Positions 27,248-36,426 of a DNA stretch of 64,000 nt are shown piece after piece. Position 1 is the first letter of the stretch. Every line of letters begins with the position of its first letter. Below the pieces are notes generated by a model. The model worked only from the letters and a program-made list of their open reading frames with translations, made no database searches and was not told where the DNA came from. A program made the position numbers and the translations under genes. The DNA is from Candidatus Sungiibacteriota bacterium (lineage in GTDB: Bacteria > Patescibacteriota > Minisyncoccia > Sungbacterales > HO2-52-23): positions 16,455 to 80,454 of the forward strand of contig JACQRW010000007.1 in the NCBI GenBank assembly GCA_016206285.1, read 5' to 3'.

Positions 27248-28039
27248 ATGTTTTATACATTACGGGTGCGGGCGCGCAATAATTCATTTCTCAAACGCGC
27301 CGTGCGCAAAACAAAAAAAATAATCGGGGTTAAAGACGCATCAAGCGATTTTTTTGATAATGCCGCGCTGGTAAAGAAATACACACCGGGAAAATCATTT
27401 GCCGATATAGGCTGCATGTGGGGCGTAGACGGATTTTTTTCTTTTCTGGCGGAAGAAAACGGAGCCGCCAAAGTAATGTCGGTTGATATATATCCGGAAA
27501 GCGCGAAGTTTTCAGAAGAAAAAGAACGCCGCAATTCCAAGATACAATTTGTGCAGGGAGATATTAATCTGCCGGACGTAACTGATACCATAGGCATATG
27601 CGACGTGGTATTTTGCTCCGGAGTGCTGTATCATACCCCGGACCCGGTCCATATGCTGACCCGCCTGCGCGTGATTTGCGGCGAAACGCTTATCCTGAAT
27701 ACCGCATCAATCCCGGAAATGCCCGGCATAAGAAACGCGGCTGTCTTTTATCCGTTTCTAAACGCCAAGCAGCGGAAAATCTGGAACCGGCATATCGGCA
27801 GCCAAAAAGGTATCACTGGACCATACGAGCCCGAAAGCGGTTATGGAAATTGGATGTGGGGCATGACTCCAAGCGCAATCGAATCCATGCTTCAATGCGC
27901 AGGATTTAAAGTGCAAGAGCGTTATATTTCACCGTTTCGCTCCGTATTCGTATGCAAAACAATTCCCATCCAATTCGTTGCCGAATCCGGCGAGTGGACC
28001 ACGCCCAAAAGCGGCGACTCTCTCAAATTTAGAAAATAG
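27248..28039 (+). CDS. Class I SAM-dependent methyltransferase
   Basis: DIGCMWGVDG SAM motif I; acidic residue after beta-2 (SVDIY); about 263 aa. Confidence 0.65.
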   Translation: MFYTLRVRARNNSFLKRAVRKTKKIIGVKDASSDFFDNAALVKKYTPGKSFADIGCMWGVDGFFSFLAEENGAAKVMSVDIYPESAKFSEEKERRNSKIQFVQGDINLPDVTDTIGICDVVFCSGVLYHTPDPVHMLTRLRVICGETLILNTASIPEMPGIRNAAVFYPFLNAKQRKIWNRHIGSQKGITGPYEPESGYGNWMWGMTPSAIESMLQCAGFKVQERYISPFRSVFVCKTIPIQFVAESGEWTTPKSGDSLKFRK

Positions 28040-28047
28040 AAGCACCT

Positions 28048-28824
28048 ATGCATATGAGCATCCGCGACCGGCTTAAGCGCATTACTCTTTTAAAAATTTT
28101 GGTTGTTATCTGGCGGGTATTCCGCAATAGGCACGGTTTTTTTGCCAAGATACGGGCGCTTGGTTCTTTCTTTGAATCATGGTCGGCATTCCGGCATATG
28201 CCCCGCAACAGTGCTTTCTTATTGAAAACGCATGACCTCTATCCCCGTTTGTTCGATAATACGCATGGAACCCCTATTGATCCGGTATATTTTTATCAAG
28301 ATACATGGTGCGCCGGAAAAATTTTCAGCCAGAAGCCGGAGCATCACTATGACATTGCGTCGGAAGCTGAATTTATCGGTATCATTTCGCAATTTGTGCC
28401 AACCACTATGGTGGACATCCGGCCGTTGCCGGTTACGCTGCCCAATCTTTCATTTATGCAGGGAGACACCACGCGGCTTCCATTTGACGACAGCAGCATC
28501 GCGTCATTGAGTTCCATTTGCGTGATCGAACACATCGGTCTTGGACGGTACGGAGATCCGCTTGATCCCTTCGGCTCTGAAAAAGCTCTTGCAGAAATGA
28601 TCCGCGTACTGGCGCCGGGCGGATCGCTTTATATTTCGGTGCCGATTGATGCGGAAAATAAGGTTTACTTCAACGCGCATCGCGCATTTTCCCCAAACTA
28701 CATTTTCAAACTCTGCATGCCTCTTACGCTCATTGAAGAGCGCTATGTATACGGCAACCGCATGGAACAAACATATGACCCCAAAAAGGGATTCGGCACC
28801 GGCCTTTATCATTTTAAAAAATGA
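28048..28824 (+). CDS. SAM-dependent methyltransferase-like protein (DUF268/Methyltransf_11-like)
   Basis: MVDIRPLPV..LSFMQGD..LPFDDSSI..ICVIEHIG..LAPGGSLYISVP pattern. Confidence 0.5.
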   Translation: MHMSIRDRLKRITLLKILVVIWRVFRNRHGFFAKIRALGSFFESWSAFRHMPRNSAFLLKTHDLYPRLFDNTHGTPIDPVYFYQDTWCAGKIFSQKPEHHYDIASEAEFIGIISQFVPTTMVDIRPLPVTLPNLSFMQGDTTRLPFDDSSIASLSSICVIEHIGLGRYGDPLDPFGSEKALAEMIRVLAPGGSLYISVPIDAENKVYFNAHRAFSPNYIFKLCMPLTLIEERYVYGNRMEQTYDPKKGFGTGLYHFKK

Positions 28825-29576
28825 AAAAACGTATGCATATAAAGCTCTCCTCGCATCGTACCGTCAAATTCATTCTTTTTCAGCGCTCGCAATATTTGCT
28901 TTGGCGCCGCAATAAAACTATACAGCGATTTGCTCGCGCGTTGCCCAGACGGCTTGCGTTCAGCCTTGAGGCGCTGGCAAGCAACTTCAATGCAACCGTA
29001 TCTCTGGAGGCGCTATTTACGAGAAAAAGCGTAGAAAAACTTTTCAGTGAAGAGATGACGCTGGAATACAACCAAATGAAACCCTATCTGCCGGCGCACG
29101 CCCGCACGATTCTTGATATCGGAGCAGGCGTAGGCGGCATTGACATACTGCTTGGCAAGCACTATGAGCAGGACAAGCCTATGATCTATCTGCTCGATAA
29201 GACAGAAATGCCTGCCAAGGTGTATTATAGCTTGCGGGAAAAAGGATGTTTTTATAACTCGCTGGAGCTTGGCCGGGATATGCTGGTTGAAAACGGCATC
29301 AAACCCGAACAAATTTTTTTGCAAGAGGCAACCGATGACAACCGCATTATCTCCGACACGAAATTCGATCTGATTGTCTCCCTTATCTCATGGGGATTCC
29401 ACTATCCCATCGCAACTTACCTTGACCAGGTATATGACAAGCTGGCCGAAGGCGGGGCGGTGATCACGGATGTGCGGAGACACGGCAACGGCATTGAGCT
29501 GCTGCAAAAAAAGTTTCCGAAAACCAAGATTATTTTTGAAGCGCAAAAACATGTTCGCATCGTTGCGTGGAAATAA
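28821..29576 (+). CDS. Class I SAM-dependent methyltransferase, paralog A
   Basis: ILDIGAGVGGIDILL motif I; LAEGGAVI. Confidence 0.6.
   Translation: MKKRMHIKLSSHRTVKFILFQRSQYLLWRRNKTIQRFARALPRRLAFSLEALASNFNATVSLEALFTRKSVEKLFSEEMTLEYNQMKPYLPAHARTILDIGAGVGGIDILLGKHYEQDKPMIYLLDKTEMPAKVYYSLREKGCFYNSLELGRDMLVENGIKPEQIFLQEATDDNRIISDTKFDLIVSLISWGFHYPIATYLDQVYDKLAEGGAVITDVRRHGNGIELLQKKFPKTKIIFEAQKHVRIVAWK
29082..29212. repeat. 131-nt tract 100% identical to 30867..30997 in the methyltransferase paralog
   Basis: ccctatctgccggcgcacgcccgcacgattcttgatatcggagcaggcgtaggcggcattgacatactgcttggcaagcactatgagcaggacaagcctatgatctatctgctcgataagacagaaatgcc occurs in both copies. Confidence 0.85.
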
Positions 29577-29595
29577 CAAAAGTAATTATCAGTCA

Positions 29596-29631
29596 GTATA
29601 CAAATTAAAACGATCGTCGAAATTTGTATAC
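29596..29631. promoter_or_regulatory. Second copy of the 36-bp GTATACAAATT-N14(CGATCG core)-AATTTGTATAC dyad element
   Basis: GTATACAAATTAAAACGATCGTCGAAATTTGTATAC has the same 11-bp arms and CGATCG centre as 8970..9005, and the same position between a stop codon and the next start (ATG at 29649). Confidence 0.55.
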
Positions 29632-29648
29632 TAAGAGAGAACCATAAT

Positions 29649-30620
29649 ATGAAGAAACATCTGATCATCCTCCGCCATAACAGCGGCAAGGGCGGCCACG
29701 GGCGGCTCGCAAACCAGCTTTGGAATTTTATGAGCATCTATGCGTATGCGCTTGAACGCGGATACGATCTTGAAAATTATTCGTTCTTTGAATACCATGA
29801 TTGCTTTCAGATTCCTCCGGTGCGAAATTTTCCGGTGCGGTGCCTTTTTTTCTCGCCATTTCCTTTTCTTGCAAAAAAGTTCGGGCAAACGCGTGCAGCA
29901 ATTTTTACCCGCAAAGTCTACAAGCTGTATGTAATGGCGGTCAGACTAAGACATGGCAAAACTTTGTTGAATTCCTACAACTCTCCCGATATTGCGGGAA
30001 TCTTTTATCTTCCGCCCTCCGAACCGGCCAGACCCGCGCTTCAGAAACTCGAGGACAACCCGCGCATCAAAAACATATACTTTGACGGCTGGCTTTTCCG
30101 AAACCCGGCCGGTGTAATGAAATATCACTCCGAAATTCTTGAATACTTCAAGCCAAAAGACGAGACGCGCAAAACGATAGCAGCATTTATGGAACCGCTG
30201 AAAACACAGTACGACAACCTGGTTGGCGTTCATATCCGGCAGGATGATTATAAAACGTTCAAAGGAGGCCGGTACTTTGTGGAGCAGGCGCGTATTCGGG
30301 AGATCCTTGACGAATATCTGCGGGAATTCAAAAAAGATCCGGAGCATACCTGTTTTATCATTACCTCGAACGGTCCCATTAAACGCGAGATATTTCAGGG
30401 ATTACATTTTGAAATAAGCAATCTCGGATTCATTGAAGATTTGTTCTTGCTTGCCTCATGCACTGCCATAATCGGCTCCGATTCAAGCTTTGGCAATTTC
30501 GCAGCCTACTACGGCAACACGCCGCATATTGTCTTTCAAAAAGAACCCATGGACTGGGAATACTACGCCGGAAAAACAAAATATTTCTGGAACAAGTATT
30601 GCACACTCGTGCATTTTTAA
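29649..30620 (+). CDS. Putative glycosyltransferase with GT11-like motifs (divergent)
   Basis: GKGGHGRLANQLWNFMSIYAYA resembles GT11 motif I (GGLGNQ.FQYA). C-terminal IIGSDSSFGNFAAYYG resembles the GT11 SSFSWWGAWL motif. Weak assignment. Confidence 0.4.
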   Translation: MKKHLIILRHNSGKGGHGRLANQLWNFMSIYAYALERGYDLENYSFFEYHDCFQIPPVRNFPVRCLFFSPFPFLAKKFGQTRAAIFTRKVYKLYVMAVRLRHGKTLLNSYNSPDIAGIFYLPPSEPARPALQKLEDNPRIKNIYFDGWLFRNPAGVMKYHSEILEYFKPKDETRKTIAAFMEPLKTQYDNLVGVHIRQDDYKTFKGGRYFVEQARIREILDEYLREFKKDPEHTCFIITSNGPIKREIFQGLHFEISNLGFIEDLFLLASCTAIIGSDSSFGNFAAYYGNTPHIVFQKEPMDWEYYAGKTKYFWNKYCTLVHF

Positions 30621-30650
30621 TTGCCATGCAAGCCCTTTTTTAGTACACTT

Positions 30651-31355
30651 ATGACTATGATTATCCCGAATAAAGCAATTAAATACATACTATTCCAGCG
30701 GACGGAATATCTGCTCTCCATGAAAAGTCCGTTATTAAACCGTTTCGTGGTACGCGTACCATCGCGCATGTACAATCTGGCAGTTACACTGGAGGCTCTC
30801 CTGACCAAACCGCGGGTCAAGCGTCTGTTTCAAGAAGACATGGAGCGCGAGTATGCCATTTTGAAGCCCTATCTGCCGGCGCACGCCCGCACGATTCTTG
30901 ATATCGGAGCAGGCGTAGGCGGCATTGACATACTGCTTGGCAAGCACTATGAGCAGGACAAGCCTATGATCTATCTGCTCGATAAGACAGAAATGCCCAA
31001 AAAAGTCTACTACGGCCTGGAACAAAAGGGCTGTTATTACAACTCGCTTTCTTTGGCAAAAGATATGCTCGTTCAAAATGGCCTTACTGCCGGCCATATT
31101 ATCACTCAAGAAGCAGACAATGATTACCGAATCAATTTTGATGCAAAATTCGATCTGGTGATCTCGCTGATTTCATGGGGATTTCACTATCCTATTGCGA
31201 CCTATCTTGATCAGGTTTACGCGCTGCTGGCACCTGGCGGCATACTTATCCTTGACGTGCGCAAGGGCACAGAAGAAGAGATAATGAAAAAATTCGGTAA
31301 CGCAACAAAAATTTTTGAAGCGCGGAAATATTTCAGAGTCATGGCGCGAAAATAG
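30651..31355 (+). CDS. Class I SAM-dependent methyltransferase, paralog B
   Basis: ILDIGAGVGGIDILL; contains a 131-nt tract 100% identical to paralog A. Start taken at the first ATG (MTMIIP); the ORF-track start at 30621 is a TTG. Confidence 0.6.
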   Translation: MTMIIPNKAIKYILFQRTEYLLSMKSPLLNRFVVRVPSRMYNLAVTLEALLTKPRVKRLFQEDMEREYAILKPYLPAHARTILDIGAGVGGIDILLGKHYEQDKPMIYLLDKTEMPKKVYYGLEQKGCYYNSLSLAKDMLVQNGLTAGHIITQEADNDYRINFDAKFDLVISLISWGFHYPIATYLDQVYALLAPGGILILDVRKGTEEEIMKKFGNATKIFEARKYFRVMARK

Positions 31356-31380
31356 ACTTTAAACTTTTTTATATCGCCTT

Positions 31381-32544
31381 GTGCGGCTCATCTACCTCAC
31401 CTCAAAAAGTTATCCGGCAAGCACTGCAGACCATATCTATATCCTCCAGCTCGCGCGAGGTTTTTTTCACGTACTCAGAGAAGATTTTTTGCTCGTAGTG
31501 GCCGGCAACCGATCTGAACCGGTCCGATCAAGCCATCAAGACGGACAGACGTCTGATCACACAACTGCATCGGATGATTTCCGGAATCTGCCGGTATACA
31601 GAGTCGGCTGGCGCTATGGAAGATTCCGAACGATTTTCTATTTTTTTTGGCTTCCCTATTTTATTATTTCACATAAGCATGCCGGGCACAGCACTGTCTT
31701 TTTTTCAAACGATCCGAATCTGCTGCTGGTGCTTATCTTCTGGCGGATAGTCTTTTACTATCGCATCGTATCTGACTGGCATATGCTTTTTAACGACTGG
31801 CGGGACCGCTTCATCATGCAAAAAAGCGACCAGCTTATCACTACCTCGCAGAAATTGAAAAACGCGATGATACAAACCTCCGGCATCCGGGAAGAGACGA
31901 CCTGCGTTGCATACGGAGGCATTAATCTTGCGCTCTATCAACCTCTTGACCAAAGTGCGGCGCGCACATTACTGCGCCTCCCGCAAGATAAATATATTGT
32001 GGCATATATCGGTTTTTTTAAAACGCTTGGTATGGAAAAAGGAGTGGGTACTATGATCGAGGCTCTGCCGCTCCTGCCGGAGAATATTCTTATGCTTTTT
32101 GTCGGGGGTAGCGACCGCGAGATAACGGAATATCAGAAGTTTGCGGATGCACGGCATGTCGGCAACCGGTGCATATTTATAGGCAAGAAAAAACCAACGG
32201 AACTTCCGCCATATGAACAGGCGGCCGATCTCCTCTCCATCCCCTATCCGGATTTGCCGCATTTCAGGGATTACGGCTTCCCCATGAAAGTATACGAGTA
32301 CATGGCGAGCAGACGGCCGATTGTCTACTCAAAACTTGAGCTTGTCGAAGAAGTGATCGGCGACTGCGCATTTGGTTTTATCCCAGGCAGTATGCAGGAT
32401 TTTGCCCGGGCAGTGCAGGAAGCTGCTTCCCACCCGGATCAAGCAAAAGCATACGCAGAATCGGCGTATGCTAAAGTGCAGAATTATACATGGAATAGAA
32501 AGGCGGAGCAGATTGCGGACTTCATCACTTCTTCTTCCCGATGA
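31381..32544 (+). CDS. Glycosyltransferase family 4-like (GT-B)
   Basis: C-terminal FPMKVYEYMASRRPIV motif (EX7E-type). Confidence 0.7.
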   Translation: MRLIYLTSKSYPASTADHIYILQLARGFFHVLREDFLLVVAGNRSEPVRSSHQDGQTSDHTTASDDFRNLPVYRVGWRYGRFRTIFYFFWLPYFIISHKHAGHSTVFFSNDPNLLLVLIFWRIVFYYRIVSDWHMLFNDWRDRFIMQKSDQLITTSQKLKNAMIQTSGIREETTCVAYGGINLALYQPLDQSAARTLLRLPQDKYIVAYIGFFKTLGMEKGVGTMIEALPLLPENILMLFVGGSDREITEYQKFADARHVGNRCIFIGKKKPTELPPYEQAADLLSIPYPDLPHFRDYGFPMKVYEYMASRRPIVYSKLELVEEVIGDCAFGFIPGSMQDFARAVQEAASHPDQAKAYAESAYAKVQNYTWNRKAEQIADFITSSSR

Positions 32545-34162
32545 TATAGAGATGCGCCGCCACGGCATCGGCTCCGGGCATGCTCATGAACAGGAGGTCG
32601 AGGTACTTGAGGGGGCCGAGTACAAGCATGAAAACGTGCGCCAAAACAGGCGCTATTTTTTTTGATCCGAACGCGAAAATCACGCCAAGCCAGTATGCAA
32701 GAAACATAAGAAACGCGCTCCATGGTCCGGATCGCACGCCGCTCTCAATAATCTCAAGATCAGGAAAAAGCTGTTTGAGCCCGCTGACGGTCCAGCGGTT
32801 AAAATCGTCCGGAGAGGCGTGATACGGGTGCACAAACGGCGCACTCACATAGAGAAGACCGCCGGGTTTGAGCACGCGCGACATCTCGGCCGCAACTTTC
32901 ACCGGATCTGCTACATGCTCCAAGAGAGACTCGCTCACCACGCCGTCCGCCGTACCGGCAGGAAACGGAAGAGCCGAGGCATCGGCCACCACGTCAACCT
33001 GCGGAAACGGGTACACGTCAATGTTGATGAATTCCTCACCGAGCCGTTCGGGCCCGGATCCAACATCAAGAAGGATCGGGCCATCGGGAAGCATGGGAAG
33101 AATTTTTCGGGGACCGTTGCGTATCATAAGCACCGGACAAAAAAGATGCCAGATGCCATAATACAGTTTCGGAAATTGCTTGAGAAATGACTTGAGCCAA
33201 TTCACCCCGGATACATGCTCTTCGGTGTTTAATGCAAGCGCATCTTGGCTGATCAGCAAGGGTCTGCCTGCAGAATCAACGGCAAAACTACCGTGTTCGG
33301 CACAAACATAACCGGAGTCCCACGCCGATTGCGGAAGAAAATTCACAGATACGAGCATTGGTACGGGCGCGCCTGCATAAGGTACGGAAGATGAAGACTG
33401 TAACATCTTGCCGCAAAACGGACAACAAAGAAGCTTTGAGACATCTTTGGGAACATAGGCAATCGGTTTCCGGAGATATAAAAGCCGGTCTCCGGCCAAA
33501 GCAAGTACGGCATGAATTCCATCGCGATATGTTATCTTTTTGCCTTGAGCAACCGGCCGCGGATTGTGCGATATCGGCACCTCGCCGATAGACAATCCCC
33601 TGCGCGCGAGTGCCGCAGTAAAGAGCAACTCGGATTCGAAACCTCCGGCTCGGAAATCGCGTGCGGCCGATGCGGGAAAAAGTTTGTAGCACGTCCATGC
33701 ATCGGTCAGAGAAAGTCCGTACGACAGATTGAGAAGCCGGGTAATAGCCCATACGCCGGCACGGGGTATCAAGAAACCCTCGCGCTTTTTTTTACTCAAA
33801 TTGCGCGAACCGTAAATCACATTTCCCTTGCCTTCTTCAAGCCCCCGGATGAGACTTGGAATTTCGTTCGGATCATATTCAAGATCGGCATCCTGGATAA
33901 GCGCGTATTGCCCGGTCGCCTCTTGAAGCCCTTGGCGAACCGCTGAACCTTTTCCCCCATTCTTTTCCTGCAGGATCACCTTGATGTGGTCTTGGTATGC
34001 GGCCAAGATATCTCTGGTGCCATCGTGCGATCCGTCATCAACCACAATGATTTCTTTTTCCCATGATCCGGGCAATTGCACCTGCTCCACCCGGTGAAGC
34101 AGTTCGCGGATCGTTTCCCGCTCGTTGTAGCAGGGAATAATAATCGAAAGTTTTTTAGTCAT
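32525..34162 (-). CDS. Fusion protein: GT2 (Dpm1/polyprenyl-phosphate sugar synthase-like) + Trm112-like zinc ribbon + class I SAM methyltransferase + C-terminal TM helix
   Basis: LSIIIPCYNERETI...VVDDGSHDGT (GT2), CPFCGKML (zinc ribbon), LLDVGSGPERLG...LKPGGLLYVSAP (MTase), hydrophobic C-terminus. Start taken at the ATG for MTKKLSIII. Confidence 0.75.
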   Translation of the reverse strand: MTKKLSIIIPCYNERETIRELLHRVEQVQLPGSWEKEIIVVDDGSHDGTRDILAAYQDHIKVILQEKNGGKGSAVRQGLQEATGQYALIQDADLEYDPNEIPSLIRGLEEGKGNVIYGSRNLSKKKREGFLIPRAGVWAITRLLNLSYGLSLTDAWTCYKLFPASAARDFRAGGFESELLFTAALARRGLSIGEVPISHNPRPVAQGKKITYRDGIHAVLALAGDRLLYLRKPIAYVPKDVSKLLCCPFCGKMLQSSSSVPYAGAPVPMLVSVNFLPQSAWDSGYVCAEHGSFAVDSAGRPLLISQDALALNTEEHVSGVNWLKSFLKQFPKLYYGIWHLFCPVLMIRNGPRKILPMLPDGPILLDVGSGPERLGEEFINIDVYPFPQVDVVADASALPFPAGTADGVVSESLLEHVADPVKVAAEMSRVLKPGGLLYVSAPFVHPYHASPDDFNRWTVSGLKQLFPDLEIIESGVRSGPWSAFLMFLAYWLGVIFAFGSKKIAPVLAHVFMLVLGPLKYLDLLFMSMPGADAVAAHLYIIGKKK

Positions 34163-35582
34163 AAATTGGAAATACTCTCCTGAGTAGTCGGCTGCCAAGC
34201 AGTGTAAACCCATAGACGGCAAACGTCAAAATAAGCGCATTGACCGGGATACGGAAACGCGCATTAACACCGAGCCCGTTTATGGCCGTAGTAAGCGCAA
34301 AGTATGCGATCAGAAACAGTGCAATTGTTCCGGGCAAATGAAAACGGCGGTCCCGGAAAAACAGCACAATCCCGCATAAAAACAAGAGCGTACCCAGAAT
34401 CCAAATCATGCGGGCACACATAACGATAATTGCCGGAGAAAACAGCATGTCTTTGAGGAGAGGCATCGCGCGAATCGGATTTTGCAGTGCAAGGATGAAC
34501 GACGGCCGGCTGCCCGCCATCGGCAGACTGATGCCCGCATGCTGCAACACCACGAGCATGCCGTCATGCGTGAAAAATGTAGTTAGCGTAACGCCTATAG
34601 ATTTGATAATTCCTGCCGGATGTTTTTTTAGCTCTGCGACCGCCCGATCCTGATAGGTCTTGGATGTGGCAAGCGTAATATCCCGCCAATCAAGATTTTG
34701 TTCCCGAAACCATCGGTCATACTCTGTTTGAAAACCGGTTCCATTTTCAAGTGCCCGCACCGAAGGAACCAGATAGACCATAAGATTGAAGCTCGGCTGT
34801 GCGCTCATGCCAAGCACGCCGAATTCATGTCTATTGCGCAGAAGCCACGGAGCGATAATTGCAAGAAATACCATAAAAAATAATGCGAATTGCCCGAGCA
34901 ATTTTTTTGACCAACGGTCGCGCCGTTCGACTGAGCTCACGGTCGAAGTCCAATACCATGCCAGCCCCGCCGGCAACAAAATCGGAAGGTATTGCACGGT
35001 GGGTTTGACCAGTGTTGCCAGACCGAGAAACAAGCCGGCCATCGCGCTCGAGCGCAATGATGGCATTTCCGTATAACGGAACAGGTATAGAAGAAAGAGA
35101 AGAAACAGCGCCGTAAAAAGCGTTTCTGTGTAAAAAATAAAAGAAAGCAGAATCGAATACGGTTCAAACGCAAGCAGCCACCCAACCCACCAACTCATGC
35201 TCCGCGATCCGGTGATCTGTCGGCTGACCAGCATGCCCAGCAGCGGGATCAGACTTCCGACAAGCATCTGACACAAAGCAACGACCCAATAGCTTCCGGT
35301 CAGGTATAAAGGAATGGCAAGAAAAAGAGGATACACCGGGGGGCGCAAAGGATTTGGCAGATAGGGCGCATGATCCTCCCAACTTATTCCGTGCCCTTGG
35401 ACCAGATTCCTGCTCAACTCAAAATAACCGTCGTCCCCATGGATGGTATTGATGAGATTCCCCTGCTCCGCATGCAGATTGATGCTGAACAAAACAATCC
35501 GCGCCAGCAGTGCTACGCAAAAAAGAAGAATTTCAACTTTATACTTTTTTACCCACGAGGTAATTCGCAGATTAAACGCCAT
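34155..35582 (-). CDS. GT-C fold membrane glycosyltransferase (PMT_2/ArnT/GT39-GT83-like)
   Basis: Multi-TM protein with the GDDGYFELSRNLVQGHGIS...PLRPPVYPLFLA N-terminal region typical of dolichyl/undecaprenyl-phosphate-sugar-dependent transferases. Confidence 0.7.
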   Translation of the reverse strand: MAFNLRITSWVKKYKVEILLFCVALLARIVLFSINLHAEQGNLINTIHGDDGYFELSRNLVQGHGISWEDHAPYLPNPLRPPVYPLFLAIPLYLTGSYWVVALCQMLVGSLIPLLGMLVSRQITGSRSMSWWVGWLLAFEPYSILLSFIFYTETLFTALFLLFLLYLFRYTEMPSLRSSAMAGLFLGLATLVKPTVQYLPILLPAGLAWYWTSTVSSVERRDRWSKKLLGQFALFFMVFLAIIAPWLLRNRHEFGVLGMSAQPSFNLMVYLVPSVRALENGTGFQTEYDRWFREQNLDWRDITLATSKTYQDRAVAELKKHPAGIIKSIGVTLTTFFTHDGMLVVLQHAGISLPMAGSRPSFILALQNPIRAMPLLKDMLFSPAIIVMCARMIWILGTLLFLCGIVLFFRDRRFHLPGTIALFLIAYFALTTAINGLGVNARFRIPVNALILTFAVYGFTLLGSRLLRRVFPIYD

Positions 35583-35587
35583 GTCAG

Positions 35588-36418
35588 CTATAAAGACTGG
35601 ATAAGCTTGGTAAGAGCTTTCTGATCGTTGACTGCAAGCCAGCACTGCCCAGGAATCCCAAACGAGTAGAGTTTCCGCTCTTCAACCAGCAAGGGAAACA
35701 AAACACTCTCAAAATCAATTTTTTTATTGAGATCAAACAGCCGCGGAAAGTACTCGTACGCCGCGGGAGAAAACAGAGTTACGCCGATATGCGCCGGAAC
35801 CGGAATATGCGGGTACATCTCGGTTTGTACAACCACCCCATCTTTGATCTTCATGCCGGTAAACGCATACGGAGAGCCATCCGCGACCACTGAGGTTGCG
35901 ATCATACCCCGCCGGGTACCGGCAAGATGCGCGGCAACAGCATCCCGGACAAAATCTCCATCATAGTTGATGATTTGATCGTCGGGATTATGCACGATAC
36001 AACTCCGATCCAGAGCGATTGATCCGTTTTCAAGCGCATGACGCATCGCACCTCCTTTGCCAACAGGCTGTTTAGGATCGCGGCTGTATGTTATGCTGAT
36101 TCCGAGTCGGCTGCCATCACCCAGTAAATTTATAATAGAGTCGGCATTATGAAAAACGAGTGCGGCGAAGTTTTTAAACCCGGCATCGCGGTACATGCGG
36201 ATTGTCCGCTCAATCATGGTGTCGCCATTGGGAAGCGTCACCGAATTTTTCTGAACATGGTGGGAATCGGAAATTGTTTTGAAGCGCGAACCTTCCCCGC
36301 CCGCCATAAGCGCCACCACACAGTTTTGTGTGAACGCGCTCCATGCGGCATCGTCGAGTTGTTCCCGGCTTCCCTGGCTGTATATTTCCTGCTGCAGTTT
36401 TTTGAGCGCATCTTTCAT
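35588..36418 (-). CDS. Sugar-phosphate nucleotidyltransferase-like protein
   Basis: VVALMAGGEGSRF resembles the (L)xGGxGTRL NTP-transferase motif. Start taken at the internal ATG (MKDALKK), just downstream of the preceding gene's stop. Confidence 0.65.
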   Translation of the reverse strand: MKDALKKLQQEIYSQGSREQLDDAAWSAFTQNCVVALMAGGEGSRFKTISDSHHVQKNSVTLPNGDTMIERTIRMYRDAGFKNFAALVFHNADSIINLLGDGSRLGISITYSRDPKQPVGKGGAMRHALENGSIALDRSCIVHNPDDQIINYDGDFVRDAVAAHLAGTRRGMIATSVVADGSPYAFTGMKIKDGVVVQTEMYPHIPVPAHIGVTLFSPAAYEYFPRLFDLNKKIDFESVLFPLLVEERKLYSFGIPGQCWLAVNDQKALTKLIQSL

Positions 36419-36426
36419 AAAATGAA

